52,162 nt of DNA from a virus (taxonomy: Duplodnaviria > Caudoviricetes). Below are positions 17,662 through 27,573 of this stretch, one piece after another. Under the pieces are notes generated by a model that worked only from the letters and a program-made list of their open reading frames with translations, did no database searches and had not been told where the DNA came from. Where the stretch lies: positions 1 to 52,162 of the IMG/VR virus record IMGVR_UViG_3300022227_000004; one strand, given 5' to 3'. Each line of letters starts with the position of its first letter. The first letter of the stretch is position 1. Position numbers and translations under genes: made by a program.

Positions 17662-18146
17662 GACCGAGGAGACCGAGTAGTTCTAGATGGGGCACTAGAG
17701 TTACTGATATGAAAAAGAAGCTCTATAAAACAGCATTGAGAGGCTCTAAAAGAAAATTTGCCGATCCTGGTGATTATAGAAAAGGGCAGAGGCGGACTAA
17801 GCCTGAAAAGGATATGATGTCCATCTTAAGAACATTGGGATTAGAATACGAAGAGGAATTTTCCATTCCATTTGCTAATACTTTTAGAGTTTATGATTTT
17901 CGAGTTGGAGAAAAACTACTCATAGAAGTGGATGGAGATTATATCCATTATAACAATGAAACTCAAAAAGGTCCTCGTACTGCAATGCACCTCAAAAATA
18001 AACAGAATGATAAGATCAAGCAATGGTTGTGTGAAAAAAGAGGGTATACTTTGATAAGATTCTGGGCCTCAACTATAGAAAATGATAAAGAATTGGTGGA
18101 AGAGAGAATAATGGAAGCAATTAATGAAATCGATTCATCAACTTAG
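17658..18146 (+). CDS. DUF559/Vsr-like endonuclease
   Basis: TKPE, YDF...LIEVDGDYIH...ND..K...GYTLIRFW. Confidence 0.8.
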   Translation: MRPRRPSSSRWGTRVTDMKKKLYKTALRGSKRKFADPGDYRKGQRRTKPEKDMMSILRTLGLEYEEEFSIPFANTFRVYDFRVGEKLLIEVDGDYIHYNNETQKGPRTAMHLKNKQNDKIKQWLCEKRGYTLIRFWASTIENDKELVEERIMEAINEIDSST

Positions 18147-18531
18147 AGATCAACATCGAAGATGGCATTTTGAACATGACTTTTTTGAATTTAGCGATAT
18201 AGATCCTGGAATTCCTAAATTCTATATTGATACATTAAAAAATTTAGTATGCGACACATGTGAAAAAACTATAACTGAAGGATCAAAGGAGTTATCAGCT
18301 CCTCCTCCAAAGCAAAGTAAATTAAAATATCAGGGATTAACAGGTTATATTAGAGAGTGTAAAGAGAGTGGAATGCCTTGGGATGAAATATTTGATGATC
18401 TATATTTGATGCATGAATATGGCCCTCGAGGATCTATGACTAATCCAAACTCATTCGCAACACATCCTTGGGAATATATCAAAAACAAAAAAAGATGCCA
18501 AAGCAATTACAATAAGCAAAGAAGGGCTTGA
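18124..18531 (+). CDS. hypothetical protein
   Basis: 135-aa ORF in operon. Confidence 0.55.
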   Translation: MKSIHQLRDQHRRWHFEHDFFEFSDIDPGIPKFYIDTLKNLVCDTCEKTITEGSKELSAPPPKQSKLKYQGLTGYIRECKESGMPWDEIFDDLYLMHEYGPRGSMTNPNSFATHPWEYIKNKKRCQSNYNKQRRA

Positions 18532-18552
18532 ATTATTAATGGGAGACGGATA

Positions 18553-19038
18553 GTGCCAAAGAGTGCAGTTCAATTTAAGACATTAAAACAAATCAAGTTT
18601 AAAAATGTTACAATAGGTGGAAGTTATGAGTGGAAATTAGAACCTTGGACTATCATATATTTGGTAGGTTTTAATTTAGAGCCAACAGACTATTGTAAAG
18701 AGAGTATGAGTGAACATGATTTCAAAGCTTTACTAGCAAGAGATGTTCTAGGAATAATGCCCTTGGAAAAAGCAGCAGAAAGGGTAGTTCCCCCACCTTG
18801 GATGTGGTACGGAATGAGATATTCTCATGAGCACAATGCTAAAGTGTTTAACTATAGAGTAAAGAAGGCAGCATTTCAATGTGAATTTTATGTATTAGCT
18901 CCAGATGAGTATCATCAAAATCAAGATAAAAAAGGATTAGAAAGAGAGTTCAAGCTGATGGCTACACGATTTGCTAACATTGACAATTTTAAATCTAACA
19001 AGTTTTGGATTATAACTCCACTGACCAGAGTAAAATAG
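18553..19038 (+). CDS. hypothetical protein
   Basis: GTG start with GGAG RBS. Confidence 0.55.
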   Translation: MPKSAVQFKTLKQIKFKNVTIGGSYEWKLEPWTIIYLVGFNLEPTDYCKESMSEHDFKALLARDVLGIMPLEKAAERVVPPPWMWYGMRYSHEHNAKVFNYRVKKAAFQCEFYVLAPDEYHQNQDKKGLEREFKLMATRFANIDNFKSNKFWIITPLTRVK

Positions 19039-19739
19039 GAGGATATATGGAGATTTTTTTTAAGGCTAGACCTTTGAATGCCAAGGGTGGCCACGTTCCA
19101 GGGTATTATTTCAGCTTAACAAGAAACAAGTTCGAAAAGATCAATGGTAAAGCACTAAGCAGAATTGAAGATAGGAGCTTCTTCAAAAAAGAAAATAAAA
19201 AGTTCAAGAAAATCAGAACAAAGAAGGAATACAAAACTCTCATCAAGGAGGAGTTTGGAAGAGACGACCGGTCCTTAAGGCGTCTAGGGTTAAAAGAAGT
19301 TGAAGGTTTTGCTCTAAATTCAGTAGTGATTCTATCAATCCCTCATGATTTTGTTCACAAGCATGCTAAAGTAGAAAAAGGCAAGATTGTATTCGATGTA
19401 TTGAATAACAAGTTTTGCTTTGTTCCCAATGCTGTCTATAGAAAAGAAAAGATGAGCAAAGGGAATGGTTACATGATCGAAAAGATTAGTGAAGGTCAAT
19501 GGAAGGTAATTCAGAAACCAGATAAAAAGAAATTTCCTAGAGTCTTAGGTGAGATTGAAATGCAAGAAATAAATGATGAAGTAAGTGAAAGTTTATATTT
19601 GTGGAAATCTAGGTTAAAATATAATACTAAGTGTATGAGGTGCAAGCTTACATGCAAACAACCGAGAATAATGGATCTATATTGTTGCGGAAACTACGAA
19701 CCAATCAAACTAAGGAAAAAGAGGAGCACTAAGAAATGA
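19005..19739 (+). CDS. basic hypothetical protein with C-terminal Cys cluster
   Basis: CMRCKLTC...CC; true start probably the later ATG after GGAGG. Confidence 0.55.
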   Translation: MDYNSTDQSKIGGYMEIFFKARPLNAKGGHVPGYYFSLTRNKFEKINGKALSRIEDRSFFKKENKKFKKIRTKKEYKTLIKEEFGRDDRSLRRLGLKEVEGFALNSVVILSIPHDFVHKHAKVEKGKIVFDVLNNKFCFVPNAVYRKEKMSKGNGYMIEKISEGQWKVIQKPDKKKFPRVLGEIEMQEINDEVSESLYLWKSRLKYNTKCMRCKLTCKQPRIMDLYCCGNYEPIKLRKKRSTKK

Positions 19740-20347
19740 CAGATGCAGAGAGAGCAGAGCAAGCAATAGATCATTGTATGAGAATCATAAAGAAGTATGT
19801 AACAGATACAGATAGAAAAGACCAAGTAGATCGCTTGTTAGAAAACTTTGGAGAGAGGATGTTTTTAGCTCCAGCTTCGACAAAAGAAGATCATCATTCA
19901 GCTTATAAAGGTGGATTGATTGTCCATTCAATGAGAGTAACTCAGAGAATATTTGATATTTGTAATGGGCTAGGATTAAAAAATGATGAAGTTCCTCATG
20001 AAAGCAAAGTTATAGTAGGAATATTCCACGACATAGGCAAAATAGGATCATACGATGGAATACCTCATTACTTGACACAAAATTCAGACTGGCATAGAGA
20101 AACACTTGGGCAGTATTACAAGTATAATGAAGAGCTTAACGATGGGTTAACAACATCTCAAAGATCTATCAGAATTTTGACTAAGCTTGGATTGGATCTC
20201 ACAGATAGTGAGTATATTTCAATCTTGTTCCACGATGGATTATATGTGAAAGAAAATGATTCATACTCAATGAAAGGTTCAGAAGATAAGCTTATGAGAA
20301 TCACTCATATGGCTGATTCTTATGTGGCGTTAATAGAGAATATTTAA
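19736..20347 (+). CDS. HD-domain hydrolase (YhaM-like)
   Basis: APAS...HHSAYKGGLIVHS, FHDIGK, FHDG, HMAD. Confidence 0.85.
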   Translation: MTDAERAEQAIDHCMRIIKKYVTDTDRKDQVDRLLENFGERMFLAPASTKEDHHSAYKGGLIVHSMRVTQRIFDICNGLGLKNDEVPHESKVIVGIFHDIGKIGSYDGIPHYLTQNSDWHRETLGQYYKYNEELNDGLTTSQRSIRILTKLGLDLTDSEYISILFHDGLYVKENDSYSMKGSEDKLMRITHMADSYVALIENI

Positions 20348-20706
20348 TGGAAATATTTTTGTTTATTTTGGGCTTATTGGCCGGAGCAGGTCTCATGTAT
20401 GTTCTGGTCAATCGTAGTGCTGATAGAATTGTAGAGTTAGAAAATATATTTGGAGAAATGTATGAGGAGTTTGGTGTTTTCACTAAAACATGTGAAGTAG
20501 TTCTGAATTCTTCACGTTATTCTAATGAACCAATGCTTATGACATTATTAGAGCAATTAGCGGGCCTTCATGTATATTTATTACAGATAGAAAACTTTTA
20601 CACATTTGATTTAGAATTGAATGATGAAAACATAGAGGTAGAGGATCCAACAGGAAACCCTCCTCTGGAGACTGAAGATGGGAATGAACACCCTGAAGGA
20701 AGTTGA
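20347..20706 (+). CDS. membrane-anchored hypothetical protein
   Basis: N-terminal hydrophobic helix IFLFILGLLAGAGLMYVLV. Confidence 0.6.
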   Translation: MEIFLFILGLLAGAGLMYVLVNRSADRIVELENIFGEMYEEFGVFTKTCEVVLNSSRYSNEPMLMTLLEQLAGLHVYLLQIENFYTFDLELNDENIEVEDPTGNPPLETEDGNEHPEGS

Positions 20707-21226
20707 ATTATTTGATGATATGACTTTGGATCTTATATTCAAAGAAATTTATGATCGATCAACTGAAGATAGAAAGAAAGCATTAGATACATATGATATG
20801 ATTACAGCTGAAATGAAAACTGATGAAGATATTTTCATGATCGGTGATAAGGCCGATAGGTATCTTGATATTGCACAAAAATCTACAGACAACCTTACAA
20901 AAATGCTAACGGCTGCACAACGCCTATTGGAGTTGGATGCTGTTCAAGGAAAAGATGGAGTTAATGCTGATGATATTCACGATATACTTGAAAGATTAGA
21001 TCAGATTCCAGATGAATTAAGAGATAGACACAAGAGAGTTGAAGCAGCAGAAGAAGTAGAAGAGCCTGAATCCAATTTTGAATTTGTATCAGATGAAGCT
21101 CTAGATACTGCAATTGAAGTTGGCAAGGATGCTATAAGAAGTATGAAAAAAACAAATCCAGGACAAATCGATAGCTTTTTCAAGCTTGAATTAGATGATG
21201 AGGAAAATCTAGAAAGGTTTAAATAG
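20678..21226 (+). CDS. acidic helical hypothetical protein
   Basis: 182-aa ORF in operon. Confidence 0.6.
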   Translation: MGMNTLKEVELFDDMTLDLIFKEIYDRSTEDRKKALDTYDMITAEMKTDEDIFMIGDKADRYLDIAQKSTDNLTKMLTAAQRLLELDAVQGKDGVNADDIHDILERLDQIPDELRDRHKRVEAAEEVEEPESNFEFVSDEALDTAIEVGKDAIRSMKKTNPGQIDSFFKLELDDEENLERFK

Positions 21227-21227
21227 A

Positions 21228-21752
21228 TTGACAGTATTAGGCATTGATGTTGCAACTAATACTACAGGTTATGCCGTTGTAAATGAAAAAAAAGAACTAC
21301 TAAAGTATGGTATTATAGACACATCCAAACAAAAAGATTATTTCGATAAAGCAGAAATATTTACTCTCCAATTAGAGCAATTAGTTGGAGAGTTTTGTTT
21401 TGACAGAATCGGAATAGAAGAAATACTTAGTAGATTCAATGCAGGACATTCTAGTGCAAAAGTAGTAATCGCTCTTGCAAGATTTAACGCATTAGTAAGT
21501 TATAAATGTTATCAGCTAAAAGGCGAAAGACCATTGCATATAAATGTTCTAACAGCTAGAAAATTAGTCTTAGGTAAAATTCCGAGGAGTATAAAACAAA
21601 AGGAATATGTATTAAAATTTATACAAGAGCTCTATCCAAATATAGAACTTCCTAGAATGAAAAGGAAAGATGTTTTATCGAAAGATGCATATGACATAGC
21701 AGATGCTATAGTAATAGCCTTGGCGACTTTAATATATGATGAGAGCAAATAG
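21228..21752 (+). CDS. ruvC: RuvC-like Holliday junction resolvase
   Basis: VLGIDVATNTTGYAV, IGIEE, DIADAIVIA. Confidence 0.85.
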   Translation: MTVLGIDVATNTTGYAVVNEKKELLKYGIIDTSKQKDYFDKAEIFTLQLEQLVGEFCFDRIGIEEILSRFNAGHSSAKVVIALARFNALVSYKCYQLKGERPLHINVLTARKLVLGKIPRSIKQKEYVLKFIQELYPNIELPRMKRKDVLSKDAYDIADAIVIALATLIYDESK

Positions 21753-22692
21753 TGTTTTTGAAAAATTAAGAACAATTTTAGGAGAACCGAAGAAGCTGCC
21801 CGATGGTAAAGGAGACGCAGCTTTTTTGTGTTTAAATTGCAATCACACAACTCCTCATCTAGTAATCAATATCAATAATGAAAAATATCATTGTTGGATT
21901 TGCGAGTTCGGTGGTCGAGGTATCAAGAAGATGCTCCTTAAATTGCATCTTCCAAAAGAAGCTCAGAGGTTTTCAACAGAAGTCTATGACTTATCTAGAA
22001 CTATAGATAATGTAAAGCAAATGTTGAGAGGTGATGTAGAGGATAGAACAGATTATTCCATAGCTATTCCAGAGGGATATAAACAAATATATTTGAAGCA
22101 AAATTGCTTTCAATATAACATGGGTTATGATTATCTAATAAACAGAGGATTGACTGATAGAGATATACTTCGCCACAACATACTGTATAATGTATCAGCC
22201 AGGCGAGTACTCTTCCCATCCTACGATTCAAATTTCAAGCTGAATTATTACCTAACTAGAGCTATTGACGAGGTACCCTACAAATATCTAAACGCAAAAA
22301 TACCAAAGACGGAATTCATATTTAATGAGCACTTGATCGATTGGACTAAACGGTTGTTGCTAGTAGAGGGCGTCTTCGATTCAATACTCTCGAATATGAA
22401 TTCCGTTCCTATTTTAGGATCGATAATACGAGAACAACACAAATTATATAAACAAGTGGTTAAGTTTCAGACGCCAATTATCATAGCTTTGGATCCAGAT
22501 GCTTTTGACAAGCAAATTAAAATAGCTAACACATTTATTAATAATAACATAGAGGTACTATTTGTTGACATGAGAAGTACAGATAAAGATATAGCAGACC
22601 TGGGCCCAGAAGGCTTTGAGAACATATTAACACACAATAGCAAGAACTACGATCTGAGATCAAGAATTGAGGGAGAATTGGAGATTCTATGA
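21736..22692 (+). CDS. DNA primase (Zn finger + TOPRIM, T4 gp61-like)
   Basis: CLNC...HCWIC; YLINRGL; LVEGVFD; ALDPD; KDIAD. Confidence 0.85.
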   Translation: MMRANSVFEKLRTILGEPKKLPDGKGDAAFLCLNCNHTTPHLVININNEKYHCWICEFGGRGIKKMLLKLHLPKEAQRFSTEVYDLSRTIDNVKQMLRGDVEDRTDYSIAIPEGYKQIYLKQNCFQYNMGYDYLINRGLTDRDILRHNILYNVSARRVLFPSYDSNFKLNYYLTRAIDEVPYKYLNAKIPKTEFIFNEHLIDWTKRLLLVEGVFDSILSNMNSVPILGSIIREQHKLYKQVVKFQTPIIIALDPDAFDKQIKIANTFINNNIEVLFVDMRSTDKDIADLGPEGFENILTHNSKNYDLRSRIEGELEIL

Positions 22693-25600
22693 AAATCGTT
22701 CACATTGCAGATGTACACATTAGATTATTAAAACGACATAAAGAATATAGAGAAGTATTTGAAGATTTGAAAGCATCATTAAGTAGAACTCGACCTGATG
22801 CTGTTGTAGTTGCTGGTGATATATTTCATAATAAAGTTAATCTTTCACCAGAAGCTGTTGAGATAGGTAGAGAGTTTTTAGAGATAATATCTGATTCATG
22901 CCCTGCTTATTTGATAGTTGGAAATCACGATTGTATAGTTAATCAACCTGGTAGAAAAGATGCTATTAGTCCATTACTAAAATACAAATATAAAAATAGA
23001 ATAAGTCTATTTAGAAAAAGTGGTTTTGATTATCTTCCAGAACACAAAGTTGCTTTTGGAACATTTGCAGTTAATGATGAAGCCAATTATCCATTTCATA
23101 TAGGAACAAAAAGAGAAGGATATACTTACATAGCTTTGTTTCATGGTGCTATAAATTCAGCTAAAACTGATGTGAACTATGTGTTAAGGACAGACAATAA
23201 TATAAACATGTTCAAAGAATATGATTATGCATTGCTTGGAGATATACATAAACGACAGAGTATGGGACCGGGGATGGCTTACCCAGGATCATTAATACAA
23301 CAGAACTTTGGTGAAGAAATACAAAAGGGATATTTGCTTTGGGATACTGAAGAAGGTACTAGCCAGTTTGTAGATTTGTATAACAAGTATGGTTTCTATA
23401 CTATACGATTAAAAGAAAAAGATATAGAGAATTTTGATCAAAAGAAATTCAAAGATATGCCTGTCAAGCCATACGTTAGAGTATTGGTAGAAGGATCTTC
23501 TTACAATCAGATCATGCTTCAAAATTTAGCATCACAAATCAAAGAGAGATATAATCCGCTCTCAATTTCAGTAGATGTAGATTTGATAGCAGGATCTAAT
23601 GATCTGAATATTGAAGATTTGGAAATTGATAATGTATCTCAGTTGCCCGTTCAGCATAAGCTCATAAGAAGATGGTTTGAAAATACAAACATTACTAAGA
23701 AAGAATTAGACAAGATAATTAGAATCCATACTGAGCTGTTCACAACTATAGTGACTGACGATATTGGTAGTATGGGAAATAATTGGGCAGTAAAGAAGAT
23801 CAATTTTTCAAATGCATTCTCCTATGGTGAAGATAATTCTGTAGATTTTGAAGCGCTTAATGGATTGGTAGGAATATTCTCTCCAAATGCTTCAGGTAAA
23901 TCTGCATTGTTGACTACTATTATGACTGGAATATTCAATATGTCTGATAGAGTCTCAAGGAATAACATTGGAGATTTGATTAACAAGCAAAAGGAGCAAG
24001 CTGATATTGAGCTTTATTTTTCCGTCGATAATAGAGAATTTGTATTAAGGAGACAAGTAACTAGGCAAAAGAAAGATCGAGAAAGGGGATTATCAACTGT
24101 AAATCTCTGGGAAATAATGGCTGGTGAAGAAATAGCTCTATCTGGTGAAGCTACAAAAAATGAAACAGAAAGAATAATACGGTCATTGGTTGGAAACTAT
24201 ATGGACCATAGCATGACCACGTTTGGAATGCAAGGCAAGTTAACTGATTTCATTGATGAGTGTGATGCTGGTAGAATTCAGTATTTGTCTAAGTTCCTCG
24301 GATTAGATATCGTGGAAGCTATATATCTAGCTGTTAAGGGTGAATGTGATGGTTTGAAAAGATTGATAAAACAATACAAGGAGCATGATTTCAAATCTAT
24401 TTACAAAGGGTATGTTGAAACAAGAGATAATACGCAAAAAGAATTAGACAAGGGTCATAAATTGAAAGAGAGGATTTCTGCCGAGTGTAGTTCTATAAAG
24501 ACTAGAATTTCTGATTTGAATAAATTGCTTAAGAATATTGATAGTGGTGTTATAGATCCTGAAGAAATAAAACTCCAAATCTATAAGACTGATAAAAGAA
24601 TAGAAGAGTTAGTTCACAAGGAAGCTGAATTATCGGTTGAAATAGGCAAAACAAAAACTACATCTAGAAAAGTCTTCAGGCAGTTGAAGAAATTCGACAT
24701 TGAAAAATTAAAAGCACAGATGGAGGAGTATCAAGCAAAGATTACTGAAATAGGAACATTAAAAAATAAGAGCTTATTATTAAAGAAAGATATATCGTCG
24801 GCTAAAAGATTGACTGAAAATCTGAAGAAACATGATTGGTTCGAAACTGATCCAAATTGTAAGAAGTGTGTGTTTTTATCCGATGCTTTCCAGTCTAAAA
24901 ATTCATTAGAAAATTTGAATATAGAGTATGATACTATAATTAAAGAGATGAATGGATTATCTAGTGATATCGAAGGCCTAAAAGAAAGTGCTTTCGAACA
25001 TGAAAAAGCAAATAATCTCGACAAGGAATTAAGCGGGTTAGAATATCAATACAAGATGAGTCTTGTTCAAAGAGATAAAATCAAAGCTAGTATTAAGAAT
25101 TGCAAATTAACACGAAATAATCAGAAAGCTTTGTTAGATCAGTACAATAACAATGAAGCTGCTATTAAGCACAATGAAGGAATAAAAAATGAAATAACAA
25201 AGCTTGAAGCAAGTAGCAAGGATTTCGAAAAGAAGCTAACAAAATTGGATAGAGCTATATCAGAGCAGAATGTGGCACTTGGTGGAATAAAGCAGAAGAT
25301 AGAAGATCTAGGTAATTCAATTCAACAATTGAATGATATTGAAGAATCATTTAGATTAGCTTCAATGCTCAAGGACGCACTGTCTAAGGATGGCATACAG
25401 CTTCAAATTATCAAGAAAGTGGTTCCTAGAATCAATATGGAAATTAGGAAGATACTATCTAATGTAACTGAATTCGATATAGCAATTGAGGTTGATGATG
25501 AAACTAGAGATATAGAAATATACATAAATGATGGAAGTAGTAAGAGGCAGATAGATCTTGGTTCTGGTATGGAGAAGACCATTGGTGCTATTGCGATTAG

Positions 25601-25838
25601 AGCAGCCTTGGCTAATGTATCTCTAATTCCAAGATGCAATCTATTTGTTATAGATGAAGGATTTGGAACCTTGGATTCTGATAATCTTAATAGTATGAAT
25701 ATGTTCTTGGGTCAATTGAAATCAATGTTCAAGATCGTATTAATAATATCGCATGTTGATTATCTTCAAGATATTATAGATTATAACATATCGATCAACA
25801 AAGATGAAGAAGGATTTTCACAAATAGACATCAAGTAG
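22689..25838 (+). CDS. fused SbcD/Mre11 nuclease - SbcC/Rad50 ATPase (T4 gp47-gp46 equivalent)
   Basis: ADVH, AGDIFH, GNHD, GDIH; Walker A PNASGKS; coiled coil with CKKC hook; GSGME signature; IDEGFGTLD; ISH. Confidence 0.92.
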   Translation: MKIVHIADVHIRLLKRHKEYREVFEDLKASLSRTRPDAVVVAGDIFHNKVNLSPEAVEIGREFLEIISDSCPAYLIVGNHDCIVNQPGRKDAISPLLKYKYKNRISLFRKSGFDYLPEHKVAFGTFAVNDEANYPFHIGTKREGYTYIALFHGAINSAKTDVNYVLRTDNNINMFKEYDYALLGDIHKRQSMGPGMAYPGSLIQQNFGEEIQKGYLLWDTEEGTSQFVDLYNKYGFYTIRLKEKDIENFDQKKFKDMPVKPYVRVLVEGSSYNQIMLQNLASQIKERYNPLSISVDVDLIAGSNDLNIEDLEIDNVSQLPVQHKLIRRWFENTNITKKELDKIIRIHTELFTTIVTDDIGSMGNNWAVKKINFSNAFSYGEDNSVDFEALNGLVGIFSPNASGKSALLTTIMTGIFNMSDRVSRNNIGDLINKQKEQADIELYFSVDNREFVLRRQVTRQKKDRERGLSTVNLWEIMAGEEIALSGEATKNETERIIRSLVGNYMDHSMTTFGMQGKLTDFIDECDAGRIQYLSKFLGLDIVEAIYLAVKGECDGLKRLIKQYKEHDFKSIYKGYVETRDNTQKELDKGHKLKERISAECSSIKTRISDLNKLLKNIDSGVIDPEEIKLQIYKTDKRIEELVHKEAELSVEIGKTKTTSRKVFRQLKKFDIEKLKAQMEEYQAKITEIGTLKNKSLLLKKDISSAKRLTENLKKHDWFETDPNCKKCVFLSDAFQSKNSLENLNIEYDTIIKEMNGLSSDIEGLKESAFEHEKANNLDKELSGLEYQYKMSLVQRDKIKASIKNCKLTRNNQKALLDQYNNNEAAIKHNEGIKNEITKLEASSKDFEKKLTKLDRAISEQNVALGGIKQKIEDLGNSIQQLNDIEESFRLASMLKDALSKDGIQLQIIKKVVPRINMEIRKILSNVTEFDIAIEVDDETRDIEIYINDGSSKRQIDLGSGMEKTIGAIAIRAALANVSLIPRCNLFVIDEGFGTLDSDNLNSMNMFLGQLKSMFKIVLIISHVDYLQDIIDYNISINKDEEGFSQIDIK

Positions 25839-25847
25839 AATTAGTGT

Positions 25848-25856
25848 ATATTTATA
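25848..25856 (+). promoter_or_regulatory. candidate late-promoter motif ATATTTATA
   Basis: intergenic, 17 nt upstream of holin-like gene. Confidence 0.5.
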
Positions 25857-25873
25857 ATAAAGAGAGGTAGATT

Positions 25874-26407
25874 ATGGGTTTAGGAGGTTTGCTTAAAGGC
25901 GCAGCAGGTATCATAACAGGTGGATTATCAGGATTGCCTGGTAAAATCATAGAAACTGTTTCAGGTCAATTTCCTGAAAAAATGAGTGAAGCCGAAAAGG
26001 CTGCTCTTGAAGTTAAGATTCAACAAATTGTTCATCAACAAGAAGTAGAAATGTTAGATAAATGGAATGAAGAATCAGAGAGTCATAGACTATTTATCAG
26101 TCAGCACGAAGGAACTGCTTCTGATTTAGCTCAATTAGGCTGGTTAGGAAAAATTTTATTAGGACTTCGAGGAATACAAAGACCTGTTTGGGGATTTGCA
26201 ACACTTATTTTAGATTTTAAAGTCGTAGGTGCATTTTTAGGAGGAGGAATGACAACAATGTTTGCAGCTCAATCAGCTGTAATATTAATGTATCTATTGA
26301 TGGCAATTAATTTAATCGTATTAACATTTCTATTTGGTGAAAGAACTATTAAGAATATCATGCCTCTTATAGAATCTGCAATTAAAGCTTGGAAGGGAAA
26401 TAATTAA
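25874..26407 (+). CDS. holin-like membrane protein (3TM/GTA-holin type)
   Basis: Gly-rich N-terminal helix, IQRPVWG motif, two further hydrophobic segments ending FLFGERT. Confidence 0.65.
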   Translation: MGLGGLLKGAAGIITGGLSGLPGKIIETVSGQFPEKMSEAEKAALEVKIQQIVHQQEVEMLDKWNEESESHRLFISQHEGTASDLAQLGWLGKILLGLRGIQRPVWGFATLILDFKVVGAFLGGGMTTMFAAQSAVILMYLLMAINLIVLTFLFGERTIKNIMPLIESAIKAWKGNN

Positions 26408-26412
26408 AATAT

Positions 26413-27039
26413 ATGAATGTATGTATAGAAGAAAACTGCAACTCGATTATTTCATCTGGAGCTAGAAGATGCATGAGTTGTGCTACAACTATAAGAAATT
26501 TAAACAGACCCAGAAAAATTAAAACTATTTTATATTGTTCTGAGTGCAATTCTAAGTTGTATTTTAGAAACAAATCTGGTTTGTGTAGAAGTTGTTCATC
26601 TATAGTGAGAGCTAATACTGCAACCGGAAAAGCTATATTGTCTAGAAATGGAAAATTAAATCTAGGAAGAAAACATACAGAAATTGCCAAGGAAAATTTT
26701 AAAATAGGAGCTAACAAACAATCTACTAGGTTAAAAAAACGAGAAGCAAGAATAAAAGAAATAAAAGAAAAGGGTATAGCTCTACCGAATTATAACCCTA
26801 ATGCTTGCAAAATAATTGATGAATATGGTAAAAAATATGACTATAGCTTTCAACATGCTATGAGAGGTGGAGAGTTTAAAGTATTGGGATATTTTGTAGA
26901 TGGGTATGATAAAGATAAAAATGTAGTTATAGAGTACTATGAACAACATCATCGAAATCAAACAAAAAGAGATATAAAGAGACAAAAAGCAATAACTGAT
27001 CATTTAAACTGTAAATTTATAATTATTGAAGAAGATTAA
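26413..27039 (+). mobile_element. freestanding homing-endonuclease-like gene (Zn fingers, NUMOD3-like, PD-(D/E)XK)
   Basis: CxxC repeats, GRKHTE, YFVDGYD...IEYYEQHH. Confidence 0.7.
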
Positions 27040-27138
27040 TGAATGAGGGTAGAATAACTGATGTTATAGAAGTTAAAGGTTGGAAGTAAAAACATAGAAC
27101 ATAAAATGAGAAATTTTATCAAACATACGAGATAAACT

Positions 27139-27573
27139 ATGAAGTTAAGAGAAGCCAGAAGAAAAAGAACACAATTGCACAGAGGAACTGACGGTCAGTG
27201 GCGTGCAGACATGGGTACTGTCAAAAAATTCATTCAAAGCATAAAGGGTAGTACAAAAATTGAAGTAGAAACAGGCAAAAGAGCTCGGGCTAGTTTTTAC
27301 GTCTATGAAGACAAGAAAAAGAATACTGGTTTCAGTGTTGGAATTTATACAGACATAGCAGAATATGAATATACGATTGGCACTTTTGTTGAAGGCATGA
27401 ATTCAACTCAAGTTGAAGAAGGAACAAGTGCTGAAGGATGGCAAGTGGGCAGAAAGAAAGCTGATTTGATGAAAATGTTGAATGAATTAAAAACAAAATT
27501 ACAAAGAATGCAAAGTAAAGGCGTAGTACAATCTACTGCCGATTCAAAAGGCGGCAAAAACGGAGCTAAATAA
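27139..27573 (+). CDS. hypothetical protein with MKLREA leader (candidate internal head protein)
   Basis: starts MKLREA. Confidence 0.65.
   Translation: MKLREARRKRTQLHRGTDGQWRADMGTVKKFIQSIKGSTKIEVETGKRARASFYVYEDKKKNTGFSVGIYTDIAEYEYTIGTFVEGMNSTQVEEGTSAEGWQVGRKKADLMKMLNELKTKLQRMQSKGVVQSTADSKGGKNGAK

Noticed and set aside
20678-21226. Possible terminase small subunit
   Set aside because: Helical acidic protein but no diagnostic motif recognised and far from the large subunit
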